Source: an uncultured Verrucomicrobiae bacterium (GTDB lineage: Bacteria > Verrucomicrobiota > Verrucomicrobiia > Opitutales > JABDGR01). From it: a stretch of 64,000 bases of DNA. The notes beneath the pieces were generated by a model. The model ran no database searches and was not told the origin of the DNA. It was given only the letters and a program-made list of their open reading frames with translations. The position numbers were made by a program, and so were the translations under genes. The DNA lies in contig CAVXVB010000008.1 of assembly GCA_963765205.1 (NCBI GenBank), positions 1-64,000 of the forward strand. The letters run 5' to 3'. Positions 13,080 through 23,965 of this stretch are shown here, in pieces. The stretch's first letter is position 1. Every line of letters begins with the position of its first letter.

Positions 13080-15247
13080 TCAATTCATCTCCTCGCCCAG
13101 CCGGAACGCGTTTTCGACGATGCGCAGGCCGACTTCGCCGCCGAGCGACATCAGCGATTCCGGGTGAAACTGCACGCCGCCGACCGGCAAGGTCTTGTGC
13201 TCGATCGCCATCGCGACGCCGTCCTCGGTGCTGGCGGTCACGCTGAGCACCTCCGGCATGCTGTCGCGCTCGACATAGAGCGAATGGTAGCGGCCGATCA
13301 CGATTTCATCGGGCAGGTTCTGCATCAGCCGCCCGCCCTGCACCTTGATGCGCGACGGCCGGCCATGCGCGGGCTGGCCGAGCTGGCCGAACTGGCCGCC
13401 GAAATATTCGCCGATCGCCTGCACCCCGAGGCAGACGCCGAAGACCGGCAGCTTCTTGTCAGCGCCGCCGCGATGGTCTTCGGCGATGGCAAAATCTTCC
13501 GGCCGGCCCGGGCCGGGCGACAGCACCAGCAGATCCCAGTTATCCCGCCGCAGCATGTCGAGCGCGTGGATATGCCGGACCACGGTGACGCTGGCGCCGA
13601 CCTGGCGGAAATAATCCGCCAGCATATGGACAAAACTGTCGTCGTGATCGATCAGCAGCACCTGCTTGCCGGAGCCGGTGGCATCCGGCGCGAACGCCGA
13701 CAGCGGTTTCGGCGGATCGCCGCGCAGCGCCTGGAACAGCGCCGCCGCCTTGACCTGGCATTCCCGGTCCTCGGCGGCGGGATCGGAATCGAACAGGCAG
13801 GTGGCGCCGACCCGCACTTCGGCCAGCCCATCCTTCATCCGGATGGTGCGGATGGTCAGCCCGGTGTTGATGCTGCCGTCGAAATTGACCGCGCCGATGG
13901 CGCCGGCATACCAGCGCCGCGACGAGCGCTCATGGTCCTCGACGAACTGCATCGCCCACAATTTCGGCGCGCCGGTCACCGTCACCGCCCAGGCATGGGT
14001 CAGAAAGGCATCGAGCGAATCGAAGCCCGGCCGCAGCATGCCCTCGACATGATCGACGGTGTGAAACAGTTTTGAGTAGGTCTCGATCTGGCGCCGCGCC
14101 AGCACCTTGATGGTGCCGGGCACGCAGACCCGCGCCTTGTCGTTGCGGTCGACGTCGGTGCACATGTTGAGTTCGAATTCGTCTTTTTCCGAATTCAGCA
14201 ATTGCCGGATCTGCTCGGCGTCGCCGATCGCATCGACGCCGCGCGCGATGGTGCCCGAGATCGGGCAGGTCTCGACCCGCCTGCCGTCGGAGCGCACGAA
14301 CATCTCGGGCGAGGCCGAAACCAGGAATTCGCCGTCGCCGAGATTCATCAGCGCGCCATAGGGCGACGGATTGATCCGGCACAGCCGTTGAAACACTTCC
14401 GCCGGCGAGCGCTCGCAGGGTTCGGCGAACAGCTGGCCCGGCACCGCCTCGAACAGATCGCCGCGCGCGAACGCGGCGCGGGCGGTTTCCACCGTGGCCT
14501 GGTATTCGCCGGGCGCATGATCGGAAAACCCCTGCCGCGGCGTCTTGGCATAGACGCTCTCGGCGGTGTCGCGCGGCAGGCCCTCGGTGGATTGGCCGTT
14601 CCAGGCAAAATCGTAGCTCAGCACCACGCCGCGCCCGGTGGCGCGGTCATAGGCCAAGCAGGCGATCCGGCACATAGAGCACGATGTCGCGCTGGTCGGT
14701 CTCGCGCGGCGCGCTTCTGCACGAGATCCTCGATCTGGAACACCAGGTCATAGGCGAAGGCGCCGAACAGGCCGAGCATGGGATCGTCATGGGCGGCGAA
14801 GGCCGCCACCAGATCGCGCACCAGCGACATCACGCTGGCGCGGCGGGTGCGCTGGTCCTCGTCGACCGGCGCCGCGCCGCGCACGATATGGCCCTCGAGC
14901 CGCGAAGCGCTCCGCTCGGTGATAACCACGCAGGGTTCGCGCAGGGCGTCGCCGAGGAAGGCGATCAGCACCTCGCCGCGCGGGTTCAGCGCGGTCAGCG
15001 AAAAACCGGTGCCCGCGGTTTCCAGCGCCAGCGGCGGATCGGAGAAACCAAGGTCAAAACTCTCGTAGCGGCCCGGCACCGTGGTGCCCGACGACAGCAC
15101 CACGCCGCGGCGGCGATCGAGCAGGTCGATCAGATCATCGAGCCGGCTGGCGCCGCCGGAAAACTGCTCCACCGACCGCGATACGGCGAGACCGCCGCGG
15201 GTGCGATATTCGCTATGGGCCGGCAGCGAGAAAACGGTCCTGTTCAT
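13080..15247 (-). CDS. trpE: Fused anthranilate synthase TrpE(G) (frameshift near 14660-14710)
   Basis: Chorismate-binding ETCPISGT and TGAPK motifs plus GATase SPGPG, GVCLG and QFHPES. Confidence 0.93.
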
Positions 15248-15293
15248 GGGATCCTCTTACGAAATTGGCCGAGGGAACGCCACACAGGACAAC

Positions 15294-15324
15294 AAAAAGG
15301 CCGTCGCACTGCGAGACGGCCTTC
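15294..15324 (-). terminator. trp attenuator terminator
   Basis: Minus strand AAGGCCGTC-tcgcagtgc-GACGGCCTT followed by TTTG, between leader and trpE. Confidence 0.85.
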
Positions 15325-15359
15325 GACGATTGATGAAAAAAGCATCGCACCGGCCACCT

Positions 15360-15407
15360 TTAGGAGGTGGGCCACCACAGACGGGTTTTGGGCGCGGCGG
15401 TGCTCAT
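15360..15407 (-). CDS. trpL: Trp attenuator leader peptide
   Basis: ATG AGC ACC GCC GCG CCC AAA ACC CGT CTG TGG TGG CCC ACC TCC TAA = MSTAAPKTRLWWPTS*, tandem Trp codons upstream of trpE(G). Confidence 0.9.
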   Translation of the reverse strand: MSTAAPKTRLWWPTS

Positions 15408-15619
15408 GCCGGGCAAGACATCATGGCGGCGCAGGTTCGTCAAGCACGATCCGGATCGAGCGCCCGTCGCCGAACCGTCTTTCGCGGGTGGTGTGGCCGG
15501 GGATACACTTGGGATTGAGGTGGAGATGGGCTAAAAACAGGAGGTGCCGGTAGCTCTATGAAGGGGTGTGAAGCCATAAAGACGGAGGCGTGCCTTGCGC
15601 CCGGGCGCGGCTACGCGCC

Positions 15620-15870
15620 GGTCGATTTTACCCCTCCTCCGGGGACCGCGCCTTACGAGGTGGCGCGCACCCGCGCGACAATGATGGCGCAGGCCGAGCA
15701 GCAGATCGCAAAAATCAACGCGCTCGATCAGCAGATGGCCCAGAAGGACGCCGAAGCCGATAGCACACAGGCCGCCATCGACAAGCTCGATGCCGGATTG
15801 CGGTTCGTGGAGGAAACCGCCGATGTCCGCGAGAAGGCGATGAATATCGAATTCGGCAACCGCATCGCCC
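15620..15870 (+). pseudogene. HlyD-family T1SS adaptor, internal coiled-coil fragment
   Basis: FTPPPGTAPYEVARTRATMMAQAEQQIAKINALDQQMAQKDAE...IEFGNRIA resembles the helical hairpin; no N-terminus. Confidence 0.55.
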
Positions 15871-15952
15871 AGCACGATCAGCTCGTGGCGCTATTCGCTG
15901 AGCTTGAGCTGCGCATCGCGCCAAATTTCTAAGGAGTAGGAGAGCCAGGATA

Positions 15953-16943
15953 ATGCGCGATCGAGTGCATCTAGAATCCAACTTCGCTGGCTGGCTGCGG
16001 CGCTTTCAGCTGTTCCCGGCGTGGATAGCCGCATTGATATTTTCTCTCGGCGGGTCCGCGACCGCGGGTCCAGAAACGCAAGCCATGGCATTCCGCGACT
16101 GTTCCGAGTGCCCTGAAATGGTGATCATTCCAGCCGGGAGTTTCCTCATGGGTTCATCAACTCAAGGAGACGACGCGGGATCTCGAATCCCTGCCAAATG
16201 GAGAGGTCCCGCTAGCTCGGTTCTCCACGGCGATGGAACACCCTCAACATTCCGTAAGTATCGGTCGGTCGTTCGGTTTGGGAAGATATCACGTAACGCG
16301 GGGTGAGTTTGCCGCTTTCGTTCGCGAGACCGGGTATTCGATCTCAGGCGGCTGTAACCTTTTTGCGAGCCACAAGTACCTACAGGATCCGGAAGCTGGG
16401 TGGCAGAGACCCCGGGTTCGCTCAAACGGACCGCGACCCAGTCGTCTGCATCAACTGGCAGGATGCGAAGGCCGACATTGCCTGGCTGAACGGAAGCTGC
16501 GAGGTCTAACGTCGACCGAGGGTGACGGTCCGTACCGCCTGCCGAGTGAGGCCGAGTGGGAATATGCGGCGCGCGCGGGAACCAGGACGGAACGTTGGTG
16601 GGGTGATGCGATCGGCTTAGAAAGGCCGATTGCGATCAGTGCGGTAGCCGATGGGACAAGAGGCAAACGGCTCCGGTCGACAGCTTTCCGTCCAATCCAT
16701 TCGGGCTCTCCAACATGCTGGGTAACGCCTGGGAATGGACGGAGATGCTGGAACACAAGCTATGACGGAGCGCCCGTGGACGGCAGTTCCTGGACGACAG
16801 GACAGTGCGAGTTTCGGGTTATACGGGGCGGCAGCTGGTCCACTCTTCCCTGGATTTTGCGCTCTGCCGACCGCTCCAGAGCACCGCCCGGAGGAAACCG
16901 CTCCAACTCCGGCGGGTTCCGTGTTGCCAAGACACTCCCGTGA
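15953..16943 (+). CDS. Formylglycine-generating-enzyme (SUMF1/FGE) family protein (frameshifted)
   Basis: [52 protein letters not shown]. Confidence 0.88.
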
Positions 16944-16964
16944 AACGCGGGCACGATAACGAAA

Positions 16965-17254
16965 CAAGGCCGTAAGGCGGATCGCGATGGCGTAGGGCGT
17001 AGGGCGTAGGCGTAGGGCAAAGGATAAATGAATGAGGAGAAATCTGCCAATGGCGCGGTTGGGGCGCTACTTTCTGCCGGAGCAGCCGCTGCACGTGATC
17101 CAAGGCCGTAAGGCAGATCGCGATGGCGTAGGGCGGATAGGAGCCGAAGGCGGAAATCCGCCATTCCAATCCGAACAAAAAGTCGAACAAATGTGCTGTC
17201 CTGGCTTCAGATGCCAAACTATCGTCGCGCGATCGTACCGGGCGGGTGCTTCTC
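16965..17254 (+). mobile_element. REP / RAYT (Y1 tyrosine transposase) remnants
   Basis: 35-bp direct repeat (16965-16999 and 17101-17135), GTAG-started hairpin at 17128-17163, two truncated starts MARLGRYFLPEQPLHVIQ (17050) and MPNYRRAIVPGGCF (17211). Confidence 0.65.
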
Positions 17255-17337
17255 CAGCGCGCCAAAGGGCAGGAGTGGTCTATTCGGCGCGCATCTCGCT
17301 CAACCACACCGAAATGCAGATCGAGGACAAGATCGTG
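17255..17337 (+). pseudogene. HlyD-family adaptor, C-terminal fragment
   Basis: VYSARISLNHTEMQIEDKIV resembles the HlyD beta-barrel segment that normally precedes LxPGM. Confidence 0.5.
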
Positions 17338-17338
17338 T

Positions 17339-17464
17339 TATTATCACTATGCTTATCCTTCGACGCATGGCCAAACGGGCAACAACTATGATGTATCGTC
17401 CAACGGCCCAACCGGCCGCGACGGCGCGTCCGACACCATTGGCAACTGGAATTCACCCGCGTAA
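17339..17464 (+). pseudogene. C-terminus of a second GspG paralog (5' part missing)
   Basis: YYHYAYPSTHGQTGNNYDVSSNGPTGRDGASDTIGNWNSPA* is nearly identical to the end of the next gene. Confidence 0.85.
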
Positions 17465-17657
17465 ATGGCCCGGTTCCCTGGTCCGCGAAATATATTGATG
17501 GATACATCTTTATTACAAATTAACCGCCAAATTCTCTCTTGCCCAACCAATCCCCCGCAACTTTCCCCCGTCTGTTCTGTTTCCTATTGTAATCCTCGCC
17601 CGGATGCGGCAAAAGCATTCAAGGCCACCCCACTCAACCTCTTACACCCATCCCACC

Positions 17658-18146
17658 ATGACCATCCCCATGACATTCCGGCGCGTTCGCGCCGCCCACA
17701 CCGCCCATCCGCGCCGCCTGGCCCCGGGTTTCACGCTGACGGAAATCCTGATCGCCATCGCCCTCATCGTCATCATCGTGACCGTGGCGGTGACGAACCT
17801 CAACGGCGTGCTCGACTCGGGCAAAGTAACCGCCGCACAGATTTTCGTCACGCAATCGGTGGAAACCCCCCTGCTGTCTTATAAGATGGCCATGGGGCAC
17901 TACCCCTCGACCGAAGACGGCTTGGGTGCCTTAATCGCCTGCCCGACCGATGAAAATGCGCAGAGCTGGAAAGGCCCCTACCTGACCACCACCGACGTGC
18001 CCTTGGACCCGTGGAAGAATTATTACCACTACGCCTATCCCTCGACCCACGGCCAAACCGGCGGCAAATATGACGTGTGGTCCAACGGCCCGACCGGCCA
18101 GGATGGCGCGCCCGACACTATCGGCAACTGGAACCCGCCTCAATAA
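17658..18146 (+). CDS. gspG: T2SS major pseudopilin GspG
   Basis: G/FTLTE prepilin site, YPSTEDGL, WKGPYL, DPW, DTIGNW. Confidence 0.92.
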   Translation: MTIPMTFRRVRAAHTAHPRRLAPGFTLTEILIAIALIVIIVTVAVTNLNGVLDSGKVTAAQIFVTQSVETPLLSYKMAMGHYPSTEDGLGALIACPTDENAQSWKGPYLTTTDVPLDPWKNYYHYAYPSTHGQTGGKYDVWSNGPTGQDGAPDTIGNWNPPQ

Positions 18147-18202
18147 GCGGTTCGCCCTTGGCGCGTGTGCATTTCCCCTCTCGCTGACTGACCAACCTGC
18201 CC

Positions 18203-18844
18203 TTGGTGAAAAACTCCCCGTCCAGCCGGCCGGCTTCCGCCGGCTTCCGCCACCCTCGTCCGCGGCGGGCCGCCCGCACCCGGGGGTGCAGGCGGGCGGA
18301 GTTTGCCTCGGCCGCGGGATTCACCCTGACGGAAATCCTCATCGCACTGTGCCTGATCCTGATCGTCGGCGGCCTGGCCGTGGCCAACATGGTGGGCATG
18401 GCCACCCAAATTGACCAACAGCCGCCGCCCAAAGTGCTGCAATCTTCCATTCGCGAAGCCCGCTTCCTCGCCCTCCAGCGGATGGACTCAGTCATGCTGA
18501 CTTACAATGGCGACCACCACTCTTTCGACATTCTCGACGACAAAGGCAACGTCCTCGAACAGGCGGCGGATGGCGAGGATGACCCGAGCGTGACCTTGAA
18601 ACTGACCTTCACCCCCATCGAGCCGGTCAAAGACCTCGGCGACGACCCCAACCCGGAAAGCGATGACGGCATCAACTATGCCAATGCCTCCGTCCCCCGG
18701 TTGCTTTTCCACGCCACGGGAACCACCGCGCCCGTCAAAGTCACCCTCTCCTCGGGTGATGACAAAGATTTAACCTACCGGCTCGACCCCTTCTCCGAAG
18801 GGCCGCCACCCCGCCCGCCGAAGGACGTGCCCAACCTCCCGTGA
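18203..18844 (+). CDS. gspH: T2SS minor pseudopilin (GspH-like)
   Basis: G/FTLTEILIAL, IREARFLAL; operon position; start uncertain. Confidence 0.75.
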   Translation: MVKNSPSSRPASAGFRHPRPRRAARTRGCRRAEFASAAGFTLTEILIALCLILIVGGLAVANMVGMATQIDQQPPPKVLQSSIREARFLALQRMDSVMLTYNGDHHSFDILDDKGNVLEQAADGEDDPSVTLKLTFTPIEPVKDLGDDPNPESDDGINYANASVPRLLFHATGTTAPVKVTLSSGDDKDLTYRLDPFSEGPPPRPPKDVPNLP

Positions 18845-19314
18845 AAACCCCACTACAAAGCCAACCCGGGTTTTCGCTGGTGGAGACCCTGGTCGCCATG
18901 TTCATTTTCATGCTGGCGGTCGGAGTGCTCGCGGAGGCTGCGAACAACGCGATCACCGCCATCAGCCTGATGGAAATCAAGGAAGGCAACGAGCGCAACC
19001 TCCAGTTCGTGCGCGATCAGATTTTGACGATTTCCGACACGGATTCACTGAGCATGGGCGGCGACGTGGAAACGCCCACCGCTGGCACCGGCCATTGGGA
19101 CATGGTGGAATCGGAAACCTTGGACACGCCGGATTTGTTCAAAGTCACTGTCGCCATCTCGCTTTCGGGCAATGAGGACGTGCCTGCGGAAACCGACACC
19201 GAAGTCCTGATGCTGCTGCGCCCACAGTGGTCGGACACCGAGGTGCGCGCCACCGACTTGAGCGATATTGAGGGCAACCTGCAAAGCGTGCGCACCGAAC
19301 AACCTTGGCCATGA
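18841..19314 (+). CDS. gspI: T2SS minor pseudopilin (GspI-like)
   Basis: G/FSLVETLVAM, DLFKVTVAI; overlaps the previous stop. Confidence 0.78.
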   Translation: MKTPLQSQPGFSLVETLVAMFIFMLAVGVLAEAANNAITAISLMEIKEGNERNLQFVRDQILTISDTDSLSMGGDVETPTAGTGHWDMVESETLDTPDLFKVTVAISLSGNEDVPAETDTEVLMLLRPQWSDTEVRATDLSDIEGNLQSVRTEQPWP

Positions 19315-20424
19315 ACCCACCTGCCTCCACCCTTTCGCCGAAACCGGTGTGCCTGCCTCTGGCGCGTGCGGGGCGCGGCGCGCGCGCGGGCTTCACGCTG
19401 GTGGAAATCCTGATGGCCATCGCCATCTCCGTGCTCATCCTCGGCGCGCCACGATGTTCATGTATTCATCTTTCATGCTGCTGACGGATGCGGAAAACAA
19501 CCCGGGCCTGGACCACCACAAATTGGGCGTCGTCGCCTTCGTCAGTTACGCCTTTCAAACGTCCCTGCCCGACACCGCCATCCCCGTGAACCCCAACCAA
19601 GGCAACGCGACCGGCAACACCACGGGCAACGGCACCGGCAATACCACCGGCAACACGACGAGCACCACCAGCGCCACCAATTTAACCATCGGCGGCCTCA
19701 ATATCACCACGAGCCGGGCCGGCACCCCCATGGCGCCCACGGAGAACTCCCTGGCCAACAGCACCAGCAATACGACCAGCAGCCCAACCAGCAATACCAC
19801 CGCCAACACGACCGCGAAGACCGGCAACACTACCGCCAATTCCACCGCCAATTCGACTGCGGACGACGGCTCGACCAGTGCCTCCAACAACCCCGCCCCT
19901 GTGTCCAAAACCAGCTATGTGGCCTGGGGCTGGCCGCCGGGCGTTTCCACTGCGGAAGACCCCTCACTGACTTTCGTATTGCCCACTGACAGCCCGATTA
20001 TCGTTTGGGCCAAGGCCCCCGCGTGCCCATTCGCTGTTTTCTCTATTTCAAAGCTCCGCCGGAAGGCGAAGGCCTTGATCTGGTCTGGGTGCCTCCTTAT
20101 TCCCCCAACATGATTGAAATCAATCCCGTGCGCAAAACCCTGCTCTCCTCGCTCGTGGTTAAAATGACCTACTTTTATTTCGATCCCACCACCAATGATT
20201 GGGACAGTTCCGACAAGCCGCCCACGGACCCCACCAACAGCGAATACATCCTCCCCGATTTTGTCCGGCTGACCTTTGATATCGAAGGCAAAATCAGCAA
20301 CATCACCGTGCCGATGCCCGCTGCCACCGTCGGCAGCGCCACCACCGGGAACACCACCACGACCACCACCGGCGCCGCCGCCAGCGGCAACAGCACCAGC
20401 AGCAGCCCGGTTCCCATTTACTAG
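19311..20424 (+). CDS. gspJ: T2SS minor pseudopilin (GspJ-like) with Asn/Thr-rich insert (frameshifted)
   Basis: G/FTLVEILMAIAISVLIL at the start, LPDFVRLTF near the end; indels near 19450 and 20020. Confidence 0.75.
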
Positions 20425-20433
20425 CCCACGCCC

Positions 20434-22191
20434 ATGCACGCGCCCTCCCCCGACCCAACCGACTCCGCCGCACCCGCCGCGGCGCCGCCGGCCGGCCCGC
20501 CCGCCCGTCGGCGGCGCGGGACGATTTTGGTTATCGTCCTGGGAACCATTTTGGTGCTCTCGGCGCTCATCAGTGCCTTCGTCGAAATCGCGCAAAAGGA
20601 AATTATTTTGCGCGGCATGTATGTCGGTCGCGACAACATGAAGTTGGTCGCCTGGTCGGCCTTTGAATCCACCATCGCCGTGCTCAACACCTACTTCCAG
20701 TTGGACGGTGGCCTCTACGGCCCCAACCAGGGCTGGGGCGACCCCCTCAACCAGGCGGCGTGGGGCAATTCCACCTCGGGCGGCGAAAGCGGCAATATTG
20801 CGGTGATTTACGCCCCGCCCAACGGCATGACCGTCAACATCACCGTCACCGACCTCACCGGCCTCATCCCCATCAACCGGGCCAGCGACAACGACATCCT
20901 GGCCATCTTTGACACGATGGGCGTGGACCCCTCCCAGGGGCAAGTCCTCCTCGACACCTTCCGGGACTGGACCCTGCCCTACACGGGCAACTTCACTTCC
21001 GACGGCGCGGGGCCGGATTACTACGAGACCCTCTCCCCCGGCTACGACCCGACCTACACGAATATCACGGATTGGGATGAATTCCACTACCTGAAAAACT
21101 GGCAGGACCTCTTCTGGGATGAAAACGGCACGGAAACGCCGCTTTACCAGCAGTTCCGCCGCATGGTCACTTTGCACGATTCCGGCGGCCCGGTGAACCT
21201 CAACACGGCGCCGTCCGAAGTCCTTGATTGGGCGGCGGACCAGTATCTCGCCGAGATTGACGAACCGACGCTGGAATCCTACCTCTGGGGCGAAGATGGC
21301 ATCCCCGGCGCGCCCGATAATTTGATGATTCGTAATACCAATGAGATGACCACGGCCGGGGTGATTTCGGCCAATGGCACCAGCAGTACGACCACGGGCA
21401 ACACCACCAGCAACACGACCGGCGGAGCCGCGGCCGGCGGGGCCGTCACCCTGGCCGCCCCCTCGGGCAACTCGGCCCTCTTTGCCGCCCTCGGCGTGGG
21501 TGGCAGCTCGACGGCGCTTGACGCCGCCCGCGCCGCGGTCATTGCCACGCTCGGCGCAGGTGGTGGTGGAGGCGGTGCTGGCGGTGGCGGCGGTGCCGGT
21601 GGAGGAGGCGGTGGCGGCGCAGGTGGTGGCGGTGCGGGCGCAGGCGGTGGCGGTGCAGGGGCCGGTGGCGGCGCAGGCGCGGCGGGTGGCGGAGGAGGCC
21701 GCGGCGGCGCGGGTGGCGGTGCTGGTTCGGGAGCCGGTGCAGGAGCCGGGGGCGGCGGTGCTGGCGCAGGCGGCGGTGGCGCGGCCGGAGGCGGTGCGGG
21801 TGGACGCGGAGCTGGCGGCGCCGGTTCGGGTGGTGGAGGAGGTGGTGGTGGCGCGGCAGCAGGCGGCGGCACGGGTGGCGGGGCCGCGGCCAAAATCGGC
21901 ACAGGCACGACCGGCGGAACAGGCACCACCGGCACCGCCACCACGGCGAACACGACCAATATCGGCGTCGGTTATCAAGCCATGCTTTTAAAAATAAACA
22001 TCATGGTTTCCCTCGGCGACTCTCATTTTCTACTCTCGACCATCGTGCAACCCAATGCCACGGGCACGGGCGTGCCGACCACGACCACCTCGGGCGGCGG
22101 CTCCGGCGGCACCATCCCGGTCGTGACGAACACCAGCGGCTCGTATCCCTGGAGCATTGTGAACTACGCCGAGAATTATGACCTTCCCTGA
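20434..22191 (+). CDS. gspK: T2SS GspK-like protein with poly-Gly insert
   Basis: RRRG/TILVIVLG (no E5, typical of GspK), ITVTDLTGLIPIN, VNLNTAPSEVL. Confidence 0.85.
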   Translation: MHAPSPDPTDSAAPAAAPPAGPPARRRRGTILVIVLGTILVLSALISAFVEIAQKEIILRGMYVGRDNMKLVAWSAFESTIAVLNTYFQLDGGLYGPNQGWGDPLNQAAWGNSTSGGESGNIAVIYAPPNGMTVNITVTDLTGLIPINRASDNDILAIFDTMGVDPSQGQVLLDTFRDWTLPYTGNFTSDGAGPDYYETLSPGYDPTYTNITDWDEFHYLKNWQDLFWDENGTETPLYQQFRRMVTLHDSGGPVNLNTAPSEVLDWAADQYLAEIDEPTLESYLWGEDGIPGAPDNLMIRNTNEMTTAGVISANGTSSTTTGNTTSNTTGGAAAGGAVTLAAPSGNSALFAALGVGGSSTALDAARAAVIATLGAGGGGGGAGGGGGAGGGGGGGAGGGGAGAGGGGAGAGGGAGAAGGGGGRGGAGGGAGSGAGAGAGGGGAGAGGGGAAGGGAGGRGAGGAGSGGGGGGGGAAAGGGTGGGAAAKIGTGTTGGTGTTGTATTANTTNIGVGYQAMLLKINIMVSLGDSHFLLSTIVQPNATGTGVPTTTTSGGGSGGTIPVVTNTSGSYPWSIVNYAENYDLP

Positions 22192-22373
22192 ACCCATTAT
22201 TTTCAACAATCTGCCCACCTCGATGAAACTTTCCACCCGTAGAAGGGTTTGCCCTCGCGGCGTGACAAAATTGGTTGTCAACGCCTTTCTTTTTCTCAAA
22301 GCTGACTCCTTCCCCGCCTGAATTGGTTTGCGCCGGCCCTCCCATACCCCATCATCCCCCCTTCCCTTTACCC

Positions 22374-23895
22374 GTGGCTTCCATTATCAGCAACCTCCTG
22401 GCTGTTTTCAAAACCGACGTTTCCGAGCTTCCCGGCCGTTCGTTTTGTTCCCGCCCCCTACCTCTTGGTTCATGCCGAACCCCTGCCGGACGGCATGCAG
22501 CCCTCCGAGCAGGATGGATTTGCCAGCGTGACGCTGGAAGGCCTGGCCCCGCTCCCACTTGAACAACTCGCGTGGGGTTACCTCACGAACGAGAAGGGCC
22601 GCTCACTGCTCATCTTCGGCGCGTTTCACGAGCGGTTGAATGTGGCGCAACTTTCGCCGGACGAGTCTTTTTACCATGTCCTGCCCTCGTTCTTCGCCGC
22701 CGCGCCCGCCGACGGCGCCGCGCACTGGGTCTTTATCTGGGAAGCCGGCCATGTGACCGCGCTGCATTATGGCACGGGGGAATCCGTCCCCTCGCGCGTG
22801 GAAATTGAGCGTTTGAAGGAAGACACCGTCGCCGAGGCTTTTGCCGGACGCGAAAACCTCCTCAAGCGCCTCGGCGCCCACGCCCGCGAGATTGCCGCCC
22901 CCGGCTTGCTGGCCCAACCCGAAGGCGTGCGCGGCGCGCGCGACCGCATGAGTTATTCCTTTGTGCACTATGCCTCGGCGGACGCCGCGCCCACCCGCGT
23001 GGCGGGGCATGCTCCCGGCGGGCTGGCGGAACGCTGGTCGGCCGATTTGCGCGGCGGCGTCTTCCGCGCGGCGGAACAGAGCCGCCGCCAAGCCACCGCG
23101 AGGGCGGGCCTGGTGCTCAAAGTGGCCGGCGTGGCCGCGTTGCTGTGCGTCATCGCCCAGGGCGGCGTCATTTATGGCCAGATTTGGGTTGGCAAAGCGC
23201 AGGACAAGATCAAGGCGCAGACCGCCGACGTGGACTTGGTTAACCAGCGCATCAAGTTGCTGACGCAAATTTCCCAGTTCGTGGACCACGAACTCCATCC
23301 CTTTGAAATGCTGGGGGCCATCAACCCCATGCGCCCCACCGACAAACAGAAGGGCTTTGTTTACTACGTCAAGACCCGGGCTTATGAGAACAACAAGCTC
23401 AGCATTGATTGCATCGGCACCGACAGCCAGGCCGTGTCTGATTTCGTGCAATCGCTGAGCAATGATTCGGGCTTGGTGACCCTGGACCAGGAGCACCTCA
23501 ACGTGCAAAGCAACGTCCTGTCCAATCCGCCGACTTACAAATTTACCCTGAATTTGTCCTTTAACGCGGTGCCCCCCAATGAGGAAATGCCGCCGGAACC
23601 ACCGCCGCCCGCGCCGGAACAACCTCCGCAAGAAATAGTGGCAGCCAGTGAGGACCAGGGCCAGAATGTTTTTAATAATCCCAACGGCGCCCAGCCCGGC
23701 CAAGGGGACGCCCAAAACCAGACAGCGGATGGCAGCCAGGGTGTGGATAACGGCCCGGCCATCCCCGCCCCCCAATCCGGCCCTAACATCGTTTCGAATG
23801 TGAATGTGCCGGAACCGGCCCCCGCGCCCGAACCCGCACCTGCTCCGGCTCCTGCGCCCGCCCCCGCACCGGATGCGGCCGCCCCCGCCCAGTAG
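22374..23895 (+). CDS. GspL/PilN-like assembly protein (5' frameshift)
   Basis: Cytoplasmic domain, single TM, PilN-like periplasmic domain, Pro-rich tail; lies between K and M. Confidence 0.6.
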
Positions 23896-23965
23896 GATTG
23901 ATTCTTGCCCTCCTCCTCCTTTTCTCACCCCCACTTTTCTCCCGGTTTCCCGCCGCCCTTTCTCC

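Noticed and set aside
16965..17135. Mini CRISPR array
   Set aside because: Only two repeat copies, ~100-bp spacer, no cas genes; better explained as REP/RAYT debris
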